Shown: positions 40,029 through 45,965 of the stretch, piece after piece
Numbering within the stretch: position 1 is the stretch's first letter
How the letters are laid out: the number at the start of each line of letters is the position of its first letter
Assembly: GCA_017998915.1 (NCBI GenBank)
Contig: JAGOCE010000001.1
Location: 1 to 45,965, forward strand
DNA length: 45,965 nucleotides
DNA from: Candidatus Ozemobacteraceae bacterium
GTDB taxonomy: Bacteria; Muiribacteriota; Ozemobacteria; Ozemobacterales; Ozemobacteraceae
Reading direction: 5' to 3'
The notes under the pieces: model-generated
The model's input: the letters and a program-made list of their open reading frames with translations, nothing else
Told to the model about the DNA's origin: nothing
Database searches by the model: none
Position numbers and translations under genes: made by a program

Positions 40029-42910
40029 TATGACGGGGCCTGGGGCGATTCGGGCGTGGTGGGGGCGGACGCGCGGGTGAGCACGAGCAGCGTGATGTCG
40101 TCTTCCTGCGTCGTGTCGGCCGTAAGGTCTCGATGCCAGGTGAAAATGCGTTCGCAGCTCTTGCGCGCATCGTCGCAGAGACGGAGGGCGATCTCCTCGC
40201 TCATGCGCTGATACCCGATCGGCTGGCCGCCGACCTTCGCCTCGATGATGCCGTCGGTGTAGAGCACGACGCGATCGCCCGGCAGAAGATCGGTTTCGGC
40301 CGGCGTCAGCTGGTTCTTCTTCATGCTTCCAAGGGGCAACCCGTGTAGTTCGAGAAAGAGCGGCGGCTCGCCGGCGCGGAACTTCACCGGGTAATTGTGC
40401 CCGGCGTTCGCATACAGCATCTTGTTCTGAGAGGGGTCGAGGATGGCGAGAAAACACGTCATCATCCGTTTCCGCTTCAGCGTCCTGAATAATACACGAT
40501 GTATAACATTGAGTATGACTTCGGGGGTTGTCGGCTGCTCGCTTTCGCGCTCGACAAGCGCCTTTGCCATGGCCATGACGAGGGCCGCCGGGACGCCGTG
40601 GCCCGAAACGTCGCCGACAAGCAGGAGGACCCTTCCGTCCGGCAGTTGCTGAAGGTCGTAGTAATCGCCGCCCAGCGCCGTCATCGTATGAGATTCACCG
40701 TAGATCGCGTATTCGCCGGCCTTCACCTCGTTCGAGGGGAATAGACTTTCCTGGACGATTTTCGCGACTTCGAGGTCGGCGAGGCCTTCCATGACGCCGT
40801 TGAACGTCCGGGCGAGATCGCCCAGCTCGTCCTGGCCGGCATCCGGGACGCGGTGCGAGAATTTACGCTGGCTGATCGCGTCGACGCCAGTCGCCAGTTC
40901 GCCGATCGGCGTGAGGAACCGCTGGGAGAGATGGATGCCGAGGAAGATACTCATCACGACGATCATGCCGGCGAACATCCAGATCCGGCGCTCGAGCAGT
41001 TTCATTTCCTCGATGATCGGCGCTTTCGGGACGAGACCGATCAGGAGATGGTTTGCCAGTTCCTTCGGCTTGATGCCGGTCGCGAGCCAGGCCTGGTTGA
41101 GCCCGGTGAGCTGGCCGATCGTGGTGGACTGCCTGAGCCTGAGATCCGAAAGGAGCGGAGCCAGCCGTTTTGCGAGAGGAAAATCGACCGGCGTGTTTTT
41201 CTCGCTCGCATTCCATCCGTAGATGCGCAAGCCCGGCAATGACCGTTGGGACGGCACGAGATATTTCGACAGATATACACACTCGAGGGCGAACTTCCGC
41301 CAGTAGGCAAGCATCATGTGGGTGACCCGGCCGCGCGAATCCTTGACGGGGAGCATCAGCATCCAGGTCTCGTTTCCGGCGAGCGACAGGTTGAGGATGC
41401 GGCCGATTTCCCGGGTCAGGTTCGTCGCAAGGTTCTCGCCATGAGCGAGAGTTTCCATAATGAGGGACGCGGTATCGATCTTGCCGGAGTATTGTTCCTG
41501 GTTCAGATTGGCGATGACCTGGGCCCCGACCAGCCCCATCATCTTTCTCGCCTTCCGGCCCTCCTCGCCCGTTTCCTTGTCGAGATCGATGGCGACGTCA
41601 CCGGCGGCATCGTAGAGGACCATGTTGTTCGAGAGATACCGCCTGTTGAAAAATTCCATCACTTTCCGCACGCGGGCGAGATTGTTGCCGTCGGTGCGGC
41701 AGGTGCTGCCCAGCTTGCCGAGCGTGATCTCCATCATGCCGCGCATCTGGGGAAAGCGGGCGTCGAAGGCCCGCAGGGCTCGTTCGCATTCGTCATGCGT
41801 CTGACGGATGCGGGCTTTGTACTTCTGATCGAGATAATCCATGCCCGCAAAGATGACGACGGCGAGGGGAATGCCGCTCGCGAAGCCGAACAGGACGACG
41901 AGCCGCCACCTGATCGGAAACTGGAACCGGACGCCGCGGACCATGACAAGATAGCTGATGATCGTACAGGCGCCGAAAAGCAACGTGGCGATCGCCGTGA
42001 ACAGCAACCGTGCCTGCGTGAAATCGACGGCCACATTCCTTGGCCGGCTTGCCCAGATACGCGACGTTGAGGTGAACGGCATCACGGTGAACAGCTTGTC
42101 GCCGATCAGGTGATGCTCGCGGGTGGATCGCTGGTACTCACCGAGCGCCAGCGCGAGGTCTGGTGGTATGGGGGCCTGGGAGTTGAGGTCCTGAATCCCG
42201 ACCGTGATGCCGAGACGTGCGGCGCGGGTCTTCATGAAACGGGCCATCAGGTCCCGGAGTGCCAGCAGGGGCCAGTCGGGAACGTGGTTCGCGTGAAAGA
42301 AGATGCCACCCTTCGAGGTGGTGGTATACCCGAACCATCTCCCCTCCTCGAGAAAAGATGCTTCGAACAGGCTGCGGTGGTGGAGATTCATCCTCGCCAG
42401 CGGAGCTTCGCGGCCGATGAATGTCTGGAACATCGACCACATCTGCGCGATTTTTCGGCGCATGACGTCGTTTTCGTTGTCCTCGGGGCGTGCCTCGGGG
42501 GGGTATTTCGAAACTGCCTCGTACAACCGCTTCACGAGGAGCTTCGAGGGGGTGCCGTCCGTAAGTTCGGGAATGATGAAACCCTGGGAATCGGTGATGG
42601 TGAATCGGAAAATCCCCGGAAACCGCTTTTTCAGCGTCGCGATTCCTCGTCGGAGGGTGCCGACCCGGTCGTTCGATCTGTCTGCGACTTCTCGAAGTTT
42701 GGAAACAAGCTTGCCGAGAAGGTCGGCGGTATTTTCACGTTTGCGGAACGTCAGCAGCGCGTTGTCGAGAAGCTGGTACGATTCCTCGATCGACTCCTGC
42801 TCGATGGTGTTCCAACGGATGCCGAGACCATACGCGACGAGCAGGACCGGCAGGGCGAAAAAGACGAGACACGTTGCGATCCATCTCGTCACAAGGGACC
42901 ATCGGTTCAT
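40028..42910 (-). CDS. membrane sensor PP2C-type serine phosphatase (large extracytoplasmic or sensor region, HAMP, SpoIIE/RsbU domain)
   Basis: N-terminal TM helix (WIATCLVFFALPVLLVAY), about 600 aa of sensor region with additional TM helices, a HAMP-like segment (LSQRFLTPIGELATGVDAISQRKFSHRVPDAGQDELGDLARTFN), then PP2C motifs GDYYDL, VGDVSGHGVPAAL, ANAGHNYP, YTDGIIEA. Confidence 0.87.
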   Translation of the reverse strand: MNRWSLVTRWIATCLVFFALPVLLVAYGLGIRWNTIEQESIEESYQLLDNALLTFRKRENTADLLGKLVSKLREVADRSNDRVGTLRRGIATLKKRFPGIFRFTITDSQGFIIPELTDGTPSKLLVKRLYEAVSKYPPEARPEDNENDVMRRKIAQMWSMFQTFIGREAPLARMNLHHRSLFEASFLEEGRWFGYTTTSKGGIFFHANHVPDWPLLALRDLMARFMKTRAARLGITVGIQDLNSQAPIPPDLALALGEYQRSTREHHLIGDKLFTVMPFTSTSRIWASRPRNVAVDFTQARLLFTAIATLLFGACTIISYLVMVRGVRFQFPIRWRLVVLFGFASGIPLAVVIFAGMDYLDQKYKARIRQTHDECERALRAFDARFPQMRGMMEITLGKLGSTCRTDGNNLARVRKVMEFFNRRYLSNNMVLYDAAGDVAIDLDKETGEEGRKARKMMGLVGAQVIANLNQEQYSGKIDTASLIMETLAHGENLATNLTREIGRILNLSLAGNETWMLMLPVKDSRGRVTHMMLAYWRKFALECVYLSKYLVPSQRSLPGLRIYGWNASEKNTPVDFPLAKRLAPLLSDLRLRQSTTIGQLTGLNQAWLATGIKPKELANHLLIGLVPKAPIIEEMKLLERRIWMFAGMIVVMSIFLGIHLSQRFLTPIGELATGVDAISQRKFSHRVPDAGQDELGDLARTFNGVMEGLADLEVAKIVQESLFPSNEVKAGEYAIYGESHTMTALGGDYYDLQQLPDGRVLLLVGDVSGHGVPAALVMAMAKALVERESEQPTTPEVILNVIHRVLFRTLKRKRMMTCFLAILDPSQNKMLYANAGHNYPVKFRAGEPPLFLELHGLPLGSMKKNQLTPAETDLLPGDRVVLYTDGIIEAKVGGQPIGYQRMSEEIALRLCDDARKSCERIFTWHRDLTADTTQEDDITLLVLTRASAPTTPESPQAPS

Positions 42911-42946
42911 CAGCTGCCTGTCTCCGGATTCGTTCGGGGTTTTTCC

Positions 42947-42955
42947 ACTATACCA
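42947..42955 (-). promoter_or_regulatory. candidate extended -10 promoter element for the phosphatase gene
   Basis: The minus strand reads TGGTATAGT (TGn + TATAGT), about 37 nt upstream of the ATG at 42910. There is no good -35. Confidence 0.3.
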
Positions 42956-43148
42956 TTTTCATGCCCCCTGAATCACAGATGCAAAGACTCCTTCGCCGCG
43001 GAATACCTGAGACACAGAAAGAATTTCACCACGAAGACACGGCGAAACAAAAATTATCACTATATAATCGCAGAAACGGTTGCGACGCACCCTGCCATCG
43101 AACGACGAGAGAGTATGGCCATGTGTCGGATTGCCGAGGGTGTCGGCC

Positions 43149-43208
43149 TTGACAAGAGCGAAGGATATGCCTATACTTACTGATAAGTAACCTACTAATT
43201 AGTAAGTA
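43149..43208 (+). promoter_or_regulatory. sigma-70 promoter with overlapping palindromic TetR-type operators
   Basis: TTGACA (43149-43154), 17-nt spacer, TATACT (43172-43177). Inverted repeat TACTTA-ctga-TAAGTA (43174-43189) overlaps the -10. The perfect 12-bp palindrome TACTAATTAGTA (43193-43204) is followed by another TAAGTA half-site (43203-43208). All lie just upstream of the TetR gene. Confidence 0.6.
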
Positions 43209-43223
43209 GTTTGGGGCGGAGGA

Positions 43224-43895
43224 ATGATGCCGTCGAAGGTCGATCCGGTCCTGTCTTCCGGGGGGGCGCAGATGCGGGAGCGGCTCCTGGAGGTTGCATT
43301 GGAGCTGTTTGCCAGGCATGGCTACGGCGGGACGACCGTCAGCGCGATCGTTGCCGCCGCCGGGGTCACCCAGCCCATGCTCTATTACTACTTCAAAAAC
43401 AAACAGGCATTGTTCGAAGCGTTGGTCGAGCAGGCGCTGATCGGCTACGACCAGCTCCTTCAGCACGACCTGCCCGCCGGTCTGTCCGCCAGAGAACAGC
43501 TTCTCGAACTGTGCCGGCAGGGACTTCTCGCATCTGGGCAGAATCCCGTCCTAACGAGGCTGCTGTTCAGCCTTGCTTTTTCCCATGCCGAGGAAATCGG
43601 GATATGCGAGCGAGTCGATGCCATCATCCAGCGATTCCTGAAGACCCTGGAGCGGATCATCCGTCGGGGCATCGCTGCGGGCGAGTTCATGGACGTGGAT
43701 CCGGCGGATCTGGCCTGGGCAATCTATGCCGTCCTGTTCCGGGCGATGGAGTCCTCTCTGATAAACGTGCCGACGAATCCCGGGGCCGAGGGGATGGCCC
43801 GGGTGATCGCGACCATCCTTCTTCCGCCTCCGTGCAAGGAACGTATCCCTGGAGGACGCCCGAAAAAACGGCCGGCGAAACGTCGCGACAAGTGA
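43224..43895 (+). CDS. TetR/AcrR-family transcriptional regulator
   Basis: GGCGGAGGA lies upstream of the ATG. N-terminal HTH: RERLLEVALELFARHGYGGTTVSAIVAAAGVTQPMLYYYFKNKQALF. Confidence 0.92.
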   Translation: MMPSKVDPVLSSGGAQMRERLLEVALELFARHGYGGTTVSAIVAAAGVTQPMLYYYFKNKQALFEALVEQALIGYDQLLQHDLPAGLSAREQLLELCRQGLLASGQNPVLTRLLFSLAFSHAEEIGICERVDAIIQRFLKTLERIIRRGIAAGEFMDVDPADLAWAIYAVLFRAMESSLINVPTNPGAEGMARVIATILLPPPCKERIPGGRPKKRPAKRRDK

Positions 43896-43953
43896 AAAAT
43901 ATGTATAATTATAATAATATAGACCATCATGTTTGGTTGCTCGGAGAAGACGG

Positions 43954-45177
43954 ATGAAGCAGACCGGCATGCGAATATCTTTGCTCGCTCTTGCGGCTGC
44001 TCTTGCCGGGTTGTGCGGCTGTGCGGATGGGAAACTGCCGGCAATGAAACGTCCCATCCCCGTGACCGTCGGAATCGTTTCTGACCACGATCAGGCGATT
44101 TCGCTCAGATACTCGGGAATCATCGAGCCGGGGGTCGTCGTTCCCGTGGCCTTCCGGACCGGCGGATACGTGAAGCGGATCGCCGAAATCGTCGAACCCT
44201 CGGGATTCCCGAGGTTTCTCCAGACAGGTGACCGCGTCGCTTCAGGGGCATTTCTGGCCCAGGTCGAGGACCGGGAATACCGCTCGCGCATGTCGCAGGC
44301 GCAGGCGGGTGTTCTCGAGGCGCAGTCGGGGCTTCTCGCAGTCCAGGCACAGGCTGCCGCCGCCGCGAACACGGCCCGGCAGGCGCAGGACGATTATCAA
44401 CGTGCCGAACGGCTGTTCGCGAATGACACCATCACCCGCGTAGACCGCGATGCAGCCCGCACGCGCAGTCGCAATGCCGATGAAGCCCTCGCCGCTGCGC
44501 GGGCTTCTGTCGAGGCCGTCCGGGCGAAGATCCAGGCGGCTCAGGCCATGGTGCGGGAGATCGAGTCCGTGACGAGTGATACCTCGGTGCGATCCCCGCT
44601 CACGGGATTCATCCTTTCCCGGAACATCGAGTCCGGGACCCTCATCGGCCCGGGGACGGTGGGATTCGTTGTTGCTCAGATCGATCCGCTGAAGCTTCGG
44701 TTTTCCATTCCCGATCGGCTCCTCGAAAAGGTGTCCGCCGGTATGGAGCTCGAAGGCACGCTCGACTTCCGGCCGGAATACCGGGTGCGGGGAGTCGTAA
44801 CGAAGGTCGCCCTGAGCGCCGATCCGAAGACGCGCCTGTTCGATGTCGAGGTCACGGTCCCAAATCCCGATGCGGTCCTGAAGCCGGGAATGATCGTCCA
44901 GGTCGGGTTGCCCCCGGACATGGGGAAGGGAGTTGGGTTGATCCCTCTCGGAGCGATCGTGCCGGGGCCCGGGGATGGGAAGTCCTTTGCCGTCTTCCAG
45001 TTGACAGCTTCAGAGGGACGGGCCGTCGCCCACCGGCGGGAAGTGAAGCTCGGCCGGCCGGTTGGCAACCTCATATCCGTCGAGTCCGGCGTTGTTCCCG
45101 GCGAAAAAATCGTCATCGCGGGGGCGGCGTTCCTCGAAGACGGCGACCAGGTCCACGTCATCGAAGAATCGCGGTGA
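43954..45177 (+). CDS. RND efflux periplasmic adaptor (membrane fusion protein), lipoprotein
   Basis: The track ORF starts at 43933. The ATG at 43954 gives MKQTGMRISLLALAAALAGLCGC (lipobox). It has a coiled-coil hairpin region (AQAGVLEAQSGLLAVQAQAAAAANTARQAQDDYQRAERLF) and barrel motifs typical of the HlyD/AcrA family. Confidence 0.9.
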   Translation: MKQTGMRISLLALAAALAGLCGCADGKLPAMKRPIPVTVGIVSDHDQAISLRYSGIIEPGVVVPVAFRTGGYVKRIAEIVEPSGFPRFLQTGDRVASGAFLAQVEDREYRSRMSQAQAGVLEAQSGLLAVQAQAAAAANTARQAQDDYQRAERLFANDTITRVDRDAARTRSRNADEALAAARASVEAVRAKIQAAQAMVREIESVTSDTSVRSPLTGFILSRNIESGTLIGPGTVGFVVAQIDPLKLRFSIPDRLLEKVSAGMELEGTLDFRPEYRVRGVVTKVALSADPKTRLFDVEVTVPNPDAVLKPGMIVQVGLPPDMGKGVGLIPLGAIVPGPGDGKSFAVFQLTASEGRAVAHRREVKLGRPVGNLISVESGVVPGEKIVIAGAAFLEDGDQVHVIEESR

Positions 45178-45186
45178 GGCGGCGTC

Positions 45187-45965
45187 ATGTCATCGCATCT
45201 TTGCGCCACACCCCGCGAGGAAACATCCTTCCGGACGGCTCTTCCCCGGTTCTTCGTCCGGTCCAGGCAGGTCGCCTGGGTCTTGCTGATCTCGGTCCTG
45301 CTCTGGGGTGTCTACGGATATCTCGGAATGCCCCAGCGCAAGGATCCCGAAATCCCGGTGCATCTTGCGGTCGCCATCACGACCTGGCCGGGGGCTTCGG
45401 CCGAGAAGATCGAACAGCTGGTAACCAGGCGGATCGAGACGAAGGTCGCCGAGAACGCATGGGTCGAAACCATCGAGTCGACGTCGCGCACGAACGTGTC
45501 GATCGTGTTCGTGACGCTCGACAAGCGGCTTGCCGAGACGGGCAGGGAGTTCGACGACATCGCGCTCAAGCTGAACACCGTCTCCCTTCCGGCCGGGGCT
45601 GGGCCGATCAATTTCATCAGGGATTTCGGCGACACGTCGGCGCTGATGCTGACCGTCGCGAGCCCGCTCGTCGACGGGAAGGAGATCGAGGTCCGCGCCC
45701 GGTTCCTCCGGGATGAAATCCTGAACCTGCGGGCCGGTGCCGTTTCATCGGACAGGATTTCCGCCGTGCTGTGCCTGCCGCATTTTCCCGTGCGCGATTT
45801 CCTGCCTCGGCCGGTCAAGATGTTCGCTCAATTCCTGCGGGAGAACGCCAGGGCAACGGATATCCGCACGTTCGAGATTGCCGGCATGGTTGGGGCCGAT
45901 TTCTCCAGCCCGTTGCCGGACGAGCGGCTCAAAACGCTGATCAAGGCGTTTCTCGAGGACAACAT
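45187..45965 (+). CDS. RND efflux transporter permease (AcrB/HAE family), N-terminal part, runs off the right edge
   Basis: Absent from the ORF track (no stop in the window). ATG at 45187, 10 nt after the adaptor stop. Translation ...FFVRSRQVAWVLLISVLLWGVYGYLGMPQRKDPEIPVHLAVAITTWPGASAEKIEQLVTRRIETKV... matches the conserved RND N-terminus. The listed ORF 45174..45716 is in the wrong frame. Confidence 0.87.
   Translation, partial: MSSHLCATPREETSFRTALPRFFVRSRQVAWVLLISVLLWGVYGYLGMPQRKDPEIPVHLAVAITTWPGASAEKIEQLVTRRIETKVAENAWVETIESTSRTNVSIVFVTLDKRLAETGREFDDIALKLNTVSLPAGAGPINFIRDFGDTSALMLTVASPLVDGKEIEVRARFLRDEILNLRAGAVSSDRISAVLCLPHFPVRDFLPRPVKMFAQFLRENARATDIRTFEIAGMVGADFSSPLPDERLKTLIKAFLEDN

Noticed and set aside
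43896-43953. AT-rich TetR-adaptor intergenic region with TATAAT boxes (43904-43909, 43910-43915), considered as an internal promoter for the efflux genes.
   Set aside because: No acceptable -35 at 16-18 nt (GCGACA lies at 13 or 19 nt). Co-transcription from the TetR promoter is the simpler reading. The call is left open.
45174-45716. Track ORF of 180 aa starting at the adaptor stop.
   Set aside because: Arg/Gly-rich with no motifs. The adjacent frame starting at the ATG at 45187 gives a canonical RND permease N-terminus and remains open to the window edge.
1-45965. Search for CRISPR arrays, IS elements or transposases, integrases, prophage genes, toxin-antitoxin pairs and restriction-modification genes.
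   Set aside because: No regularly spaced direct repeats, no terminal inverted repeats flanking a DDE or tyrosine recombinase ORF, and no phage structural or defence-type domains were recognised. The window looks like core or accessory chromosomal DNA rather than a mobile island.

Overview
GC-rich bacterial chromosomal segment, densely coding: about 34 CDS, two of which run off the window edges. By eye I found no rRNA, tRNA, CRISPR array, transposase or integrase. Left to right: (1) a partial secreted protein (-). (2) A lipoprotein gluzincin protease with IPT/TIG domains (+). (3) A five-gene minus-strand unit: secreted ankyrin protein, Wzc/GumC-like protein with a degenerate Walker A, secreted hypothetical, HAMP-PAS histidine kinase, sigma-54-dependent response regulator. 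(4) A NodB-type polysaccharide deacetylase (+). (5) A six-gene minus-strand operon joined by 4-nt start/stop overlaps: coiled-coil protein, MurG/GT28-like glycosyltransferase, three tandem radical SAM enzymes, and a membrane-anchored protein with an internal W/K/D-rich domain duplication. This is the best candidate for an undescribed system. (6) A zinc phospholipase C-like secreted protein. (7) A GAF-cyclase, HAD hydrolase and SAM methyltransferase unit. (8) An operon of a TPR protein, a 740-aa Cys-rich secreted protein and three pseudopilins. (9) Class II fructose-bisphosphate aldolase and a small lipoprotein. (10) A plus-strand operon made only of repeat-scaffold proteins: TPR/TerB-like, YbjN-like, secreted TPR, HEAT-repeat membrane protein. 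(11) An apparently leaderless STAS anti-sigma antagonist, an orphan short flagellin, HrpB helicase, and a HAMP-PP2C (SpoIIE/RsbU-type) phosphatase. (12) A TetR regulator with palindromic operators and an RND efflux pair (adaptor plus partial permease). One window-wide oddity: punctate 20-40 nt AT-rich patches in which runs of consecutive codons switch to A/T-ending synonymous codons. All functional calls come from motif recognition by eye; no database search was possible.
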